DNA of 61,248 nucleotides, filler included, from a candidate division TA06 bacterium SM23_40 (GCA_001303705.1; 4 parts of 4 records of this genome joined end to end with filler, not necessarily neighbours in it); one strand, 5' to 3'. Shown: positions 10,154-21,063, counted from the first letter of the whole stretch. Made by a program: numbers and translations. The notes: a model not told the origin generated them from the sequence alone.

Positions 10154-11542
10154 TCAACTGATGGCCTTCCCTTCCATATCGCCGGGGATATCGATACCTA
10201 ACAGACTGAGGACTGTCGGCCCGCAATCTACGATGTGCAACCCCTCGAGCCTGCCCTTCGGCGCTCCATCCGGATTGTGCATGATGAAGATGCCGTACTC
10301 CGCGTGGTTCGCGTCGTCCGGGCCGGTATCGTTCTCAAAGGTATGCACGGTATCGAGGCCGATGCTCCCCACCGACCGCCAATCGAGATCGCCGAAGTAG
10401 ACGATGAGATCTGGAGGAATCCCCTTCACCTCTGAATAGATCTCCTGAGGCCTGAAGACGCGCGTTCCGATATTGCGCCCCTCGGGATCTTCGATCGCCT
10501 CCAACTTCTCCTTCAGCTCATCCCGCACCTTCTCGTAGTCCTGAGGAGCAATGATGCCGGCCGGCTCCCGATTCTTCACGTTCAGGAACAGCCGGCCGTA
10601 GTAACCTCCATCCCCCCAAGCCATGGTATTCGCCCAGTCTATATCGTCCGGCTCGAGCCGTCGGACCCGGTCCGGCCTCTTCTTCAGGCGGAGATAGCCC
10701 TCCCGGATCAGCCACTCATTGAAACAGATGCCGCCATCCATCTTCTTGGCGCCATGATCGGATACGACCATTACCGCGGTGCGATCATCGACGAGATCGA
10801 GTGTCTTGCCGACCTCGTCGTCCACATACCGGTAGTAGTCGAGGATGGCAGACTCATAGCGTGACCCTCGTTGGTACTTCGGATGCTCTGTGTCGAAGTA
10901 CTTCCAGAATCCATGGTGTATCCTGTCGATTCCCATGTCGACCACCATGAAGAAGTCCCATGGCTTCTTTCGCATAAGGTATCTCGTCAACTCGAACCGG
11001 TTGGCTGTCATCTCGTAGATCTGCTTCAGCAGGGAATCTTTGTCGTCTGTGCGGAAGTTGTCTACGTCGAGGATATATCCGCCAATTGCTTCATTGATCT
11101 CCTGCTTCAGGCTTGCCGGATAGGTGTACTCGCTGTCAGTACTCGGCGTGAGGAAGCACGTCACCAGGTACCCATTGACTGGTTTGGGCGGATAGGTCTG
11201 AGGCACACCCAGGACCACCACGTCCCTGCCGTGACGCGACAGGATATCCCAGACTGCATCCTCCCTCACCAGCGTCGAATTGGCGAAAACAAGCTTGCTG
11301 TATGAGTAGTCGCCCCGGTTTCGGAAGCCATAGAATCCAAGCCTTCCCGGATTCTTGCTCGTCATCATTGACGTCCACGCAGGGACAGTGATCGGCGGCA
11401 CGATCGTCTGGAGTGGTCCGTACGCCCCTCGCGCCATCACACTGCTGAGGTTCGGGAGCCGATCCCGCCACCGATCGAAGACAAGCTGCGGAGTGGCACA
11501 GTCCAGTCCGATCACAAGAACCCTCTTCGTTTCACTTCCCAT
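10154..11542 (-). CDS. AlkP-superfamily protein, paralogue 6 (short form, no LGY tail)
   Basis: [52 protein letters not shown]. Confidence 0.9.
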   Translation of the reverse strand: MGSETKRVLVIGLDCATPQLVFDRWRDRLPNLSSVMARGAYGPLQTIVPPITVPAWTSMMTSKNPGRLGFYGFRNRGDYSYSKLVFANSTLVREDAVWDILSRHGRDVVVLGVPQTYPPKPVNGYLVTCFLTPSTDSEYTYPASLKQEINEAIGGYILDVDNFRTDDKDSLLKQIYEMTANRFELTRYLMRKKPWDFFMVVDMGIDRIHHGFWKYFDTEHPKYQRGSRYESAILDYYRYVDDEVGKTLDLVDDRTAVMVVSDHGAKKMDGGICFNEWLIREGYLRLKKRPDRVRRLEPDDIDWANTMAWGDGGYYGRLFLNVKNREPAGIIAPQDYEKVRDELKEKLEAIEDPEGRNIGTRVFRPQEIYSEVKGIPPDLIVYFGDLDWRSVGSIGLDTVHTFENDTGPDDANHAEYGIFIMHNPDGAPKGRLEGLHIVDCGPTVLSLLGIDIPGDMEGKAIS

Positions 11543-11575
11543 CGTTCACTGACCTCCGGCATTCAGGCGATGCAA

Positions 11576-12736
11576 TCACAATTGCTGATAGTATTCGCGG
11601 AGTATCTCCACAACCTCCGGCCGCGAGAATTCCACCGGCAGATCCTCACCCTTCTTGAGGAGCTCACGAACCTTCGTGCCGCTCAGGTACACGTGATCGG
11701 ACTCTTTGTGAGGACACGTCTTGAACGAAGCCATAGTCTGACATCTCTTGCAATAGAATGCGTTGTCGAAAAAGAGCGGCCTGATACCCAATTCCTCTTC
11801 GGTGAAGTCGTCGAATATCTTCTGGGCATCGAATGGGCCGTAGTACTTCCCGACGCCCGCGTGGTCGCGGCCGACGATGAAGTGGGTGCAGCCATAGTTC
11901 TTCCGCATGATCGAATGGAAGATCGCCTCCATGGGACCGGCGTAGCGCATCGCAGCCGGCAGCACGATGAGCGCCGTCCTGTCCCCTGGATAGTAACCCT
12001 CGAGCAAGACCTCATAGCATCGCATGCGGACCTCGGCCGGGATGTCATCCTTTTTCGTCTCCCCGACAAGAGGATGAAGCAGGAGGCCGTCGCATATCTC
12101 CAGGGCACACTTCTGTATATATTCGTGAGCCCGATGGACCGGATTTCTCGTCTGGAAGCCCACAACCGTCTCCCAGCCCTTCGACCTGAACAGCTCCCTC
12201 GATTGGGCGGGATCGAGCCGATACTTCTTGAAGTCGTCGTGCCGCGGCCTCTCGAGAACAGTAACCTTACCGCCCAGCGTGATCTCTGCTGTCTCATACA
12301 GGCGAGCAACCCCGGGATGATTGGCATCGGTCGTCCCGAAGACCGCCTGCGCCTCCTCCTCTCTATTCCGTCTATAGACGTCCTCCACCTCGATAATGCC
12401 GAGGCGCTTCCCGGTGTCATCGACCAGGGCTACATCCACTCCCTCCTTAATCTTGGCCGCCTCCTCCTGCGTCGCTGAGAGCGTGATCGGAATGGTCCAG
12501 ACAGTCCCGTCGACAAGGCGGTGCTCTCTCACCACTGTACGGTAGTCCTTCTCACACATGTAGCCCTCGAGAGGGCTGAATCCTCCGATGGCGAGCAGCT
12601 CGAGATCCGAGAGTTCGGTGCCCTTCAAACGGATCGCAGGCAGCTCACCAATGCGCGCACTCAGCCCCTCCCGAGCCTCACCATCGACCAGTCGGTTGAC
12701 TAATTTCCCACCGTGTGGCGAGATCTGCTCGTGCAT
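11576..12736 (-). CDS. sat: Sulfate adenylyltransferase (ATP sulfurylase, Sat type)
   Basis: [47 protein letters not shown] 12736 behind GGAG. Confidence 0.97.
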   Translation of the reverse strand: MHEQISPHGGKLVNRLVDGEAREGLSARIGELPAIRLKGTELSDLELLAIGGFSPLEGYMCEKDYRTVVREHRLVDGTVWTIPITLSATQEEAAKIKEGVDVALVDDTGKRLGIIEVEDVYRRNREEEAQAVFGTTDANHPGVARLYETAEITLGGKVTVLERPRHDDFKKYRLDPAQSRELFRSKGWETVVGFQTRNPVHRAHEYIQKCALEICDGLLLHPLVGETKKDDIPAEVRMRCYEVLLEGYYPGDRTALIVLPAAMRYAGPMEAIFHSIMRKNYGCTHFIVGRDHAGVGKYYGPFDAQKIFDDFTEEELGIRPLFFDNAFYCKRCQTMASFKTCPHKESDHVYLSGTKVRELLKKGEDLPVEFSRPEVVEILREYYQQL

Positions 12737-12799
12737 CGTCTTCCTCCACACTGTCAGGAGCGGACGCTGACCCGCGGCTGCCCTACAGCAGCGCCGCAA

Positions 12800-14071
12800 T
12801 CATCCGCCGCTCGTCGTCACCGCCACCTCCTCATTACCAGTTGAAAGCCCGTACGTATCGTACACAAACAGCCTGAAGTAGTACGTCGTCGCCGGAATCA
12901 GACTCCGGACGGTATAAGACGTTGCCCCCACATCCGTGATCGAGACGATCAGCTCCCCGTTCTCCTCGGTGACGCCCGGTTCAGGCCCCATGTAGAGATT
13001 GTAGGAGGCAAAGTCCACGTCCCCCGACTCGCTCCAGAAGAGGCGAACGGTATCCGGCCCGACGACGAATGGCGGAGCGAACTCGACGCCATGCGGGGGC
13101 TCATTGATCGTTATCCTGCTCGAGGCAGCCACGGGTGTCGCCTGGTTCATGGCTACATCAGTGAAGGCCCCGACAACAAGCGCGTCGAAGACCTCATCAC
13201 CGGACTGCACAACGTAGTCTACCTCGTATACCCCATCGTCCGGCTGTACATCACCACCCGTACCATCATCCCACAGAAAGATGAAGTGCTGATCTCGGAA
13301 CGCTACCCGTGCTGTCCCGCCTGGCTCCCCTGCGACGACCGTGAAGTGTATGATATCGCCAACCAACATAACCTCTCCGCCCGTATCCTCTGTCACCTCA
13401 TCGATATGTGCGTAGGTGTCGAGGATGATACTGTCCGAGACGGGAGCGGTCGCCAGGCCGCCGCCATCGCGGAACCGGGCGTAGCTGTACTTCATTCCAT
13501 CCCCTGCCGTCAGCGTCCAATCGATAGGTCCCTCAGAAAACGGCTGCCACTCGGCTCCCTGGAAGGTCTCGTCATTGCTCAGAATCATCTCGACGATATC
13601 GGCGAAGGCAGAGAGGGTGAGGACGACGGATCGTGAGTTCGTGTACGCCTCGCCACCATTGATGGTGATGGAATAGCTACGGGGCACGGCCGATACGGGA
13701 CCAGCACGATGCCCCTCGATCCCGCGTTCATCGACCGCGCCTACGAGGTACGAGAACTCAATACCGTTGACCAGACCCTCGTCCACATACGAGAGGTCAG
13801 TCGTGGCGGCGAGCCTCCTGGGCCCCCCGGATCCAATGTGACTGCGATAGACTAGGAAATGATCGACAGCCGAGAGATCGCCGTACCGCCAGCTCAGCGT
13901 CACACTGCGATTCCCCGGCACCGCAACGAGTGAGTCCGGCGCCGGCAATGCAGAGCCACCGCCGTCTGGATCCCCGGGGTTAAGAAAGACCGGCGGTGCA
14001 TGCTGCTTGTCACAGGAGACAAGCCCTGCCAGCGCCAACAGGCCGCTGGCAAGACTCAGAGCGATCTTCAT
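12800..14071 (-). CDS. Lipoprotein with fibronectin type III domains
   Basis: Lipobox-like LAGLVSC; FN3-like segments at both ends; central DDGTGGDVQPDDGVY acidic loop. Confidence 0.75.
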   Translation of the reverse strand: MKIALSLASGLLALAGLVSCDKQHAPPVFLNPGDPDGGGSALPAPDSLVAVPGNRSVTLSWRYGDLSAVDHFLVYRSHIGSGGPRRLAATTDLSYVDEGLVNGIEFSYLVGAVDERGIEGHRAGPVSAVPRSYSITINGGEAYTNSRSVVLTLSAFADIVEMILSNDETFQGAEWQPFSEGPIDWTLTAGDGMKYSYARFRDGGGLATAPVSDSIILDTYAHIDEVTEDTGGEVMLVGDIIHFTVVAGEPGGTARVAFRDQHFIFLWDDGTGGDVQPDDGVYEVDYVVQSGDEVFDALVVGAFTDVAMNQATPVAASSRITINEPPHGVEFAPPFVVGPDTVRLFWSESGDVDFASYNLYMGPEPGVTEENGELIVSITDVGATSYTVRSLIPATTYYFRLFVYDTYGLSTGNEEVAVTTSGG

Positions 14072-14135
14072 CGACTACTCCCTACAGAGCCAATCTTTGC
14101 GCCAGCGGGGGATGACGCAGATGAGAGAGCGCAGG

Positions 14136-14945
14136 TCAATGGCAGGGCCACCACTGGAATGCGATACTGACACCGAGCGAGAAGTCCATCGGTTCCGGCG
14201 CAGCGCCGCCACTCGAAACCGAGCTATAGCGGCCAGCGCTGACGCCTACCTCCACGCCAGCCGGGTCGTACACGACAGCGTCAATGACGGCAATCGCCCA
14301 GATTCCGGCGGCGACATAGGTGGCGTAGTTCATGTAGTCATGTGAACGTTCCACATTCCGATAGTTCTTCTCAACTTCCTGCCGAAGCCTCACAATATCG
14401 CCAACATAGGTGGCCTCTTCATACCGAAGTACCGACTCTTCGTATCGCTCGACTTCGTCCTGGTAGTTCCGCCTCAGTAGATACGCCGATCCGGCGGCGA
14501 GTATCTCGCCGCAAATGAAGGTCCAGCCTTTTCGGTTCTCTCCCGCGTACAACTGCCCCCATCCCGGTATGACGAGCGAACGGGCCGCGGCGCTCATCCT
14601 GCTCTTGGGCGCAAGGGCAAAGGCTAGACGCAGCGTGTCGCCGGCGACAAGTCCTACGTCGAGCGTCCTCGTCTCAAATCTCGGATGCTCGATCGTCAGA
14701 CGGTAGCTTCCTCCGGGCAAGTCACTGCAGCGAAACGGAGTATATCCCCTCACCGTCAGTATGCCGGACAGGCACACCGAAGTTCTCGCCGGTGCTGTAT
14801 CCAGCACGATCGCAGCGCCATCATAGCCGAGCCCGCCTCCCGAGATTCCACCTACCGCCGCGGCAGATCCAGCGCACCCCTCACCCCACATGCCCGTGAT
14901 GAAAAAGGCCAAACACACGACAGCCAACGTCGGAAGCATCTTCAC
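14136..14945 (-). CDS. Secreted/membrane protein with a PEGA-like domain and a 'PGWGQ' membrane domain
   Basis: Signal peptide; GYTPF...LPGGSYRLTIEHPRFE (PEGA-like); RSLVIPGWGQLY. Start placed at GTG 14945. Confidence 0.7.
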   Translation of the reverse strand: MKMLPTLAVVCLAFFITGMWGEGCAGSAAAVGGISGGGLGYDGAAIVLDTAPARTSVCLSGILTVRGYTPFRCSDLPGGSYRLTIEHPRFETRTLDVGLVAGDTLRLAFALAPKSRMSAAARSLVIPGWGQLYAGENRKGWTFICGEILAAGSAYLLRRNYQDEVERYEESVLRYEEATYVGDIVRLRQEVEKNYRNVERSHDYMNYATYVAAGIWAIAVIDAVVYDPAGVEVGVSAGRYSSVSSGGAAPEPMDFSLGVSIAFQWWPCH

Positions 14946-15168
14946 GATCGTCTTCCCTCGCTTTGAGCTGCATGTCTGCGTCAAGCGGCCCGAAGGCCCT
15001 GCCCCCCTGTCATCCGGCGCCAATTGCAGATCGGGACGTTCGACCCCTGCAATAAAAGGTGGTGCAACAGATTGGCGCTGCACCAACGAGGCACACAATC
15101 TTCGCTGATTGGCCTAGGTCTCTGCAGCGACAGGCGTTCCGTCCCTGGGGAGAAACGCCACACGTCTA

Positions 15169-15198
15169 AGTATGCCACTGTCATAGACTAGTTGTCAA
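15169..15198 (-). promoter_or_regulatory. Putative sigma70 promoter for the PEGA-FN3-sat-cysC-AlkP gene run
   Basis: TTGACA-N18-CATACT with TG upstream of the -10 element. Confidence 0.5.
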
Positions 15199-15348
15199 TA
15201 GCGAAAACCCCTGCTCGGCCTGTCGGGGCCGCAGGCCTCTGTCCACGTAGCAAAGCGGCCGCCTCACTGGACGGCCAGTCGGATAGACGCGCAAATGCGC
15301 GCCCATTCTGGTCAGTGCACACGCCAATCGCCACCCAGAGGCAGGCGG

Positions 15349-16664
15349 CTATGCCGCGCCGTTGCCCCTGATGACGGCCGGAATCGTCCGGAGCATGATC
15401 GCCAAGTCGAGCTTTAGCGACCAGTTATCTATATACTTGAGATCGAGGTTAACCCACTCGCGGAACGGCGTATCGCTTCTCCCCCCTACCTGCCACAGAC
15501 AGGTGAGCCCCGGCCTCATCGACAGCCTCCTCTGCTGCCACCAGTCGTAATGCTCCACTTCCGCAGGGATGGGCGGACGGGGACCGACAAGGCTCATTTC
15601 ACCCTTCAGAACGTTGAACAACTGGGGCAGCTCATCAAGGCTGGTCTTCCTCAAGAACTTACCCATTCTCGTGATGCGAGGATCGTCCCGTATCTTGAAC
15701 ACCGGCCCGGTCCCCTCGTTCAGACAGAGGTCAGCTTGATGAGCAGCGCTACGAGCAGGAGAAGCGGAGAGAGCAGGATAAGAAGGAAGGACGAGACAGC
15801 GATGTCGATGAGTCTCTTGATCTGAAAGCTCAACCCGGCACGCGGCCCGCTGGAGATGTCCAACAGCGGGATGTCGTCGAGAACAGCGAACGAGTCTGTT
15901 GCCACCTTCAGGCGGAAGAGGTCTGAAGGTACACGTACCGGCACCCCACACTCCTCGCAGAGCGCCACGATCTCCTCGATACGTTTGTAGAACGATTTGA
16001 TCGGCAGGGTGATGTACACCTCGTCGATCACGTATCGGTGAAGCACATCTTCGAACTCTTTCAGATTCCCGATTATCGTGACATCATCGTTGACGAAGGG
16101 CGTCCGGTGGGGCCCTTCGGTGTCGTCGATGTAGCCGAGCAAGTGGAGCCCGTAACCGCGGTTGTCGGTGATCTTCTTGCCCAGACGCCGAGACCGGTTG
16201 TTCGTTCCTATGATGACGACATTACGGTAATTGTAGCCGAGCTTCCTGAGTGTTCGGAGACTTCCCCGTATCACCACCCGCGAGACCCCGAGAACGCTCG
16301 TATCGATCAACCAGAAAATCAACAGGAAGGTCTTGTCCAGACGCAATGGATTGAGGAGAAGTACGACCAATGCTCCCGCCGCGATGGAGATCGTTGTAAC
16401 CTTTGCGATGTCGAGATACTCTCTCCTCAGTTTGGTCGTTCTCTTCGACGAGTAGAGGTGAAAACGATCCGAGACCACCAGCCACGCCACTATGTAGACG
16501 AGAAGTAGCAGCACGCCGCTACCCACGAAAGCCCTGCGTTCGTACTGCAGCGGCGAGAACTGCCACTCCCAGATCGCCCAGCTGACGCCGAACGCGAGAC
16601 CGGCGATCAACAGATCAGCGCCCGTCAGTATTCCCGTCAGTAAGTTCGCATACCGCTTAAGCAC
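15349..16664 (-). pseudogene. Priming polyprenyl glycosylphosphotransferase (WcaJ/EpsE-type sugar transferase), frameshifted near 15720 (possible assembly artefact)
   Basis: N-part ends ...IKLTS; C-part in another frame reads [18 protein letters not shown]...LDELPQL...SLVGPRP...RPGLT. The conserved segment between them is missing. Confidence 0.85.
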
Positions 16665-16702
16665 CGCCCCAGCCCTCCATCGTTACGCCACCCACTGCTA
16701 AT

Positions 16703-17829
16703 CTAGCGCCTCGAATCTGGTGGATCGACGACCCGGAGCACAAACAGGTCCAGGCTCGATGATATCCACGGATAGGTCCCCACCTTGGTGCAGATAAGGT
16801 AGTATCCCTTGCCCAGAGGAACCTTGGCCTGATCATACACCTCCAGACTACCACCTTCCAGCTCTCGAACTCCTGGACGGAGGTCGTGTTATTGACGTAC
16901 GTAAGGCTCCAGTGCAGTGTATCGCCACGGGTGATAGTCGTCGTATCCGGAGAGAAGATGACGGAGACATCCGGCTGCCAGTGTGTCAGGTAGATGTCCT
17001 GATCGCCCACACCGCCGGGCTTATTTGAGGCGAAGCCCATAGTGAGCCCGTCGAGGGTCCTTGTGGCGCAGTTGTCGTCGGCTGTCGTGTTGACGGGTGC
17101 TCCGAGATTCACCGGCTGTGTCCACTCTGAGCCGTTCCAGTACGAGGACCAGAGATCCTGCCCGCCCATCGTCCCCGGCCGCGTCGAGGTGAGGATAATA
17201 CGGCTATCGTCGAACGAAATGACCGGGTGACGTTCATCCCATGCAGAGTTGAGTTCGTAGACATTCTCCGGCTCGCTCCATCCCGACGGGGTCCATTCAG
17301 TGCGCCAGATATCGTTCCCGCCATACGTGCCGGGCCTTTCCGAAGCGAAGTACATAACACGTCCATCTGCAGTGACGGTGGGGGCGGCGTCTTCCCAGAT
17401 AGTGTTTATGGCCGGCCCGAATGAGATGGGCACGCCCCACTCGCCGCCAGAGCGTATGGACTTGAAGATGTCGCGACCGCCCATTGCCTCGGACCGGTCG
17501 GAGCTGAGGTAGACGATACTGCCCCCGGCTGAGACACAGCTCACTGCATCGAGAGCGCTGGAGTTCAACTGCTCGCCCAGGTTCTGCGGGGATGACCACG
17601 CCGCACCGGTCCAACCGGAGACCCAGACATCGATACCGCCTGATCCGCCCGGCCGTGCACTGCCCAGGAAGATCGAGTCCCCCCACGCACTGAGCGCGGG
17701 TGACATTTCCGTATAGGGAGTATTGAGCTCAACCTGGTTCACCGGCACGCTCCACCCCCCGAACGCCACCCCACACGCCATACTCCCCACCCCGAGGAGA
17801 ACCGCAGCAACGACCGATAGACGTCTCAT
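16703..17829 (-). CDS. Secreted PD40 (TolB-like) repeat protein with a C-terminal beta domain; frameshift near 16850
   Basis: Signal peptide and repeated S-x-RPGG-x-GG-x-DIW motifs. The C-terminus continues in another frame (SLEVYDQAKVPLGKGYYLICTKVGTYPW...DLFVLRVVDPPDSRR*), stop at 16703. Confidence 0.75.
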
Positions 17830-17948
17830 CAACAACAACTCCTTTGCCAATTGTCCCTTGCGTGAGCCGCGAGCTCACCTCGCCCGACCACACCGCAACC
17901 AAGAAGCTCCCTGCATTTTGGCCCGCAACGCAGAGCCACTATCGATTG

Positions 17949-20174
17949 TCATCGATAACCGAGGCCAGAAGGGTCCCTTCCGGTATGTCGTACATCCTCG
18001 ACCACCGCTCTCTGCTCTGATTCCGGGACTGGACGGAGATAGATCTCCCAATTCCCATCACGATTGTCCTGCCAGGCAACGAACGCCTGGCCATCGGCGA
18101 CGTCGATTGCGGGGTTGATGGAGAGCATAGTTCCCGCTGAGAGCGCCGCTTCTGTGCTCCACGTATCGCCTCCGTCCGTGCTCTCCTTCCAGAAGATCTC
18201 CCCCCTCCCTGACTCGTAGTCCGTCCAGACGATCCAGAGGTGTTGCCCGGAACAGGCCAGCCGTGGAGAGAGCGCTCCCTCCGCCGAATTCGTCAACTGC
18301 TCGGCCGTCAGCCAGGTGTCCCCACCGTCGGTGCTCTTCCGAAACAGAATCTGCCACTTCTCATCCACTTGCTCGGACCAGACCGCGTAGGCAGTCGTGT
18401 CGTCGACGGCGATGTCGGACAGCCGGGATGCCTCGGCTGACTGACTCAGATTCTCCTCATGCACCCAGGTCGCACCACCATCAGTACTCCTCGTATAGTA
18501 CGTCTCCCAATTCTCATCGACAAAACTGGTGTAAACGGCATGTATCGCGGCACCTCCGTGGCCAACGCCTCCCGGCTGAGCATGGCACAACTCCAGCACT
18601 TCCCTGGCGCGGATCATGGTATCCCATGTCACGCCGGTATCGCTCGATGCGACGAATGCCGGCTGCATCGCCTTCTGCCTCTGGGGATGTTTGGGCAGGC
18701 CTGTGACGAAGCAAGCAACGTCCCCGCCCGATGCCGCCATGGTAGGGAAGAAAGTGCCGTACTTCTCGGGCGTCAGGTGAGCCGGCTCGGACCAGTTGAG
18801 CCCGCTGTCGGTGCTCCGGCTATGCCGGAGCTCCCAATCCAACGTCGTCGGCGACCCCGGTCTGATTACGAACTCGACCCAGGCGAGATGGAGCACGCCT
18901 GCATCTACCGCAAGCAGCGGCGCTATCGCATACGCATCGACGAGCAGGGTGTCGGGCGACCACGTATTCCCCCCATCGGCGCTCTGCTTGAAGTAGATGT
19001 GAGAAAGCCCATCTCGGGTGTCAGCCCATGCAACATACAGGCTCTCTCCATCACAGGCAAAACTCGGCGACTCGGAACGCGCGCCGTCGTCGGTGAGCCG
19101 CGCCTCATCGAGCCGCCCCATGGAGGATCCGTTCCGATCGAGCGCGGGTTCTCCGATCCAGCGACCTGGAATGAACATCTCGTCCATCACGCCCCCCTGA
19201 GCATATGGCGTATCGATGCCCATGAGGGCGGCGATCGTTGTGCAGATGTCGATGTGATCATGGGCAACGGTCACCACTTCATCGGCCATGACATCCGGAC
19301 CCAGCCCGAGGAAGATGAGGCGCCGGCTGCCGATATCCGACTTCGTATGATGGTGGTAGTCGGCCTGATCGCGCCCGTGGTCGGTGGTGAGCAACATCGT
19401 CGTCTTGTCTTTGTAATACGTATCGGTATACGGCGGGATCGCCTGTATCTTCTTCCAGAACTCGAAGATCAGTGAGTCGACGTGCTCGATCGCCGCGATG
19501 TACTCGTCCCAGTTCCGGTGCCCACCCAGATCGACAGCAAAGAAATTGACCATCATGAGGTCCGGCCGCTCATCGTCCATCACCTGCTGAACCCACGCCC
19601 AGACCGTATCGTCCTCGGCATGCAGGGAGTCGGCGTCATACCGCAAGTACGCCCCAAGGCTGTCGCCATACGTGGGATAGAGGCTCCGGTCCAGATCACG
19701 CAGGACACCATTGCCGGTCAGGATCCAGCATCTGTTCCGCGGAGCGCCGGTCTGCTTCCGATAAAGCTCGAACAGGGTCGGGTACAGCGGCAGATCTGTG
19801 TCCGGCGGATTCCAATGATTGTTCGGGGCCCACCCATCGAGCCGGTTCCCATTGAGCATGAGACCATGGGATGGCGTCGACTGCGTCTTCAGGGTGTTGT
19901 ACAGATTCTTGTACATCGTCCCATGGGGAACGAGGCTATCCCAGATGACCGGGATATGCTGGTGTGTCGGGTCCCCAAAGGATTCACTCCAACGCAGGCC
20001 GTCGATCACCACGAGAAAGACGTATTCCGTCAGGAACTCGTCTGCGGCGTGCGCTCCCCGAAGGGGAACGATGAGCCACACAATACCGAATGTCAGCATC
20101 GCAATGGCTCTCCACGCGCGCCGGGCACCACTTCTCGTCACCCGTTCGACTGTCATTTGCATCTTGCTATACAC
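17949..20174 (-). CDS. Secreted AlkP-core protein fused to a BNR/Asp-box (sialidase-like) propeller
   Basis: Signal peptide ending AHA; VVIDGLR, STPSH, DLGGH, TTDHG; repeated S-x-DGG-x-TW Asp-boxes in the C-terminal half. Confidence 0.8.
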   Translation of the reverse strand: MYSKMQMTVERVTRSGARRAWRAIAMLTFGIVWLIVPLRGAHAADEFLTEYVFLVVIDGLRWSESFGDPTHQHIPVIWDSLVPHGTMYKNLYNTLKTQSTPSHGLMLNGNRLDGWAPNNHWNPPDTDLPLYPTLFELYRKQTGAPRNRCWILTGNGVLRDLDRSLYPTYGDSLGAYLRYDADSLHAEDDTVWAWVQQVMDDERPDLMMVNFFAVDLGGHRNWDEYIAAIEHVDSLIFEFWKKIQAIPPYTDTYYKDKTTMLLTTDHGRDQADYHHHTKSDIGSRRLIFLGLGPDVMADEVVTVAHDHIDICTTIAALMGIDTPYAQGGVMDEMFIPGRWIGEPALDRNGSSMGRLDEARLTDDGARSESPSFACDGESLYVAWADTRDGLSHIYFKQSADGGNTWSPDTLLVDAYAIAPLLAVDAGVLHLAWVEFVIRPGSPTTLDWELRHSRSTDSGLNWSEPAHLTPEKYGTFFPTMAASGGDVACFVTGLPKHPQRQKAMQPAFVASSDTGVTWDTMIRAREVLELCHAQPGGVGHGGAAIHAVYTSFVDENWETYYTRSTDGGATWVHEENLSQSAEASRLSDIAVDDTTAYAVWSEQVDEKWQILFRKSTDGGDTWLTAEQLTNSAEGALSPRLACSGQHLWIVWTDYESGRGEIFWKESTDGGDTWSTEAALSAGTMLSINPAIDVADGQAFVAWQDNRDGNWEIYLRPVPESEQRAVVEDVRHTGRDPSGLGYR

Positions 20175-20180
20175 GGACCT

Positions 20181-20292
20181 TGCTCCTTCTCCAGATTGTT
20201 CCTGCTCAGGATTGCTCCTACTTCAGATCGCTCCTACTCCAGATTGTTCCTACTCCAGATTGTCCCTTCTCCAGATCGTCTCTACTCCAGAT
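20181..20292. repeat. Seven tandem 16-bp imperfect repeats (consensus TGYTCCTACTCCAGAT)
   Basis: Units start at 20181, 20197, 20213, 20229, 20245, 20261 and 20277. Confidence 0.95.
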
Positions 20293-20952
20293 ATAACCGT
20301 TCTCCCCGGACAGATGTTCCTGCGCGGCTGCATATGACCCCGGGACCCGGGCAACGTGCTCACACACGCCAGACGCCGATACATATGGAAAAAGACGAAG
20401 GGCAACCAGGATGTCAAGAAGTGAGAAGCCCGGTTCGCTTCTGTGTTGCCCCTACGCCAAGCGCGTGAGGCTCCTACACCTTGGTTGCCCCATATCCTAT
20501 CCGCTATCCTACAGATTCAGAGGCGGAGAATTGGAGGTGTACTCCTCTCTATCCTTCTGCCATCAGGCTCCCTGCCCGGGCACCACGGCATGACCGCGGA
20601 CCGAGCTGCAGCAGATACGGGCCAGAATCCAGGCTCTCTATCGCTTCTCCCCGGCCTCTCACAGCTCTTCATTCCCCTGGAATCGCATTACCTCAGGGGA
20701 GCAAGAAATATGCCACGGCAGCCGACTGTCTGGGCCGGAATCCACTGTTGTCTAAGTGCCAAGCCCCCAATATGTTGGTGCGCCGCGCCCGGCAGGTACC
20801 ATGAGACCGATCGATCACGATCTCGTCAGCCTGCACGCCTCCTACACACGGCAGCACAAATTATGCAACTGGCTGCACATATCGTGACCCTCACCTCACC
20901 GAAGGGCTGCCGGGGGCGCAGGCTGCCGCAATGCGGAGACACGATCGAGCGC

Positions 20953-20997
20953 AAAAAAAAGGCCTCCCTACGCACGCTTGCCGCGGCAGTGAAGGCC
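20953..20997 (-). terminator. Rho-independent terminator
   Basis: GGCCTTC...GGAGGCC stem followed by T8 on the minus strand. Confidence 0.75.
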
Positions 20998-21057
20998 CCA
21001 TTCGCTCCATCCTCTCCTCATAGCAGCACCCACCCTTTGCTTCTCCCTTCTTGACTG
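20953..21057 (-). ncRNA. Candidate ~105-nt small RNA of unknown family
   Basis: Bounded by a near-consensus sigma70 promoter and an intrinsic terminator; purine/GGA-rich body. Confidence 0.55.
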
Positions 21058-21063
21058 TTCCCC

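Noticed and set aside
15720-15722. TGA in the sugar transferase as a selenocysteine codon
   Set aside because: The downstream part is in a different frame, no conserved Cys aligns here and there is no SECIS-like hairpin.
17949-17975. C-terminal 'GLGYR' on the secreted AlkP-BNR protein as another LGY tail
   Set aside because: It lacks the acidic helix and E-x-L pattern and the protein is exported; probably coincidence.
20181-20292. CRISPR interpretation of the 16-bp, 105-bp and 13-bp arrays
   Set aside because: Units are contiguous with no unique spacers, and no cas genes are present.
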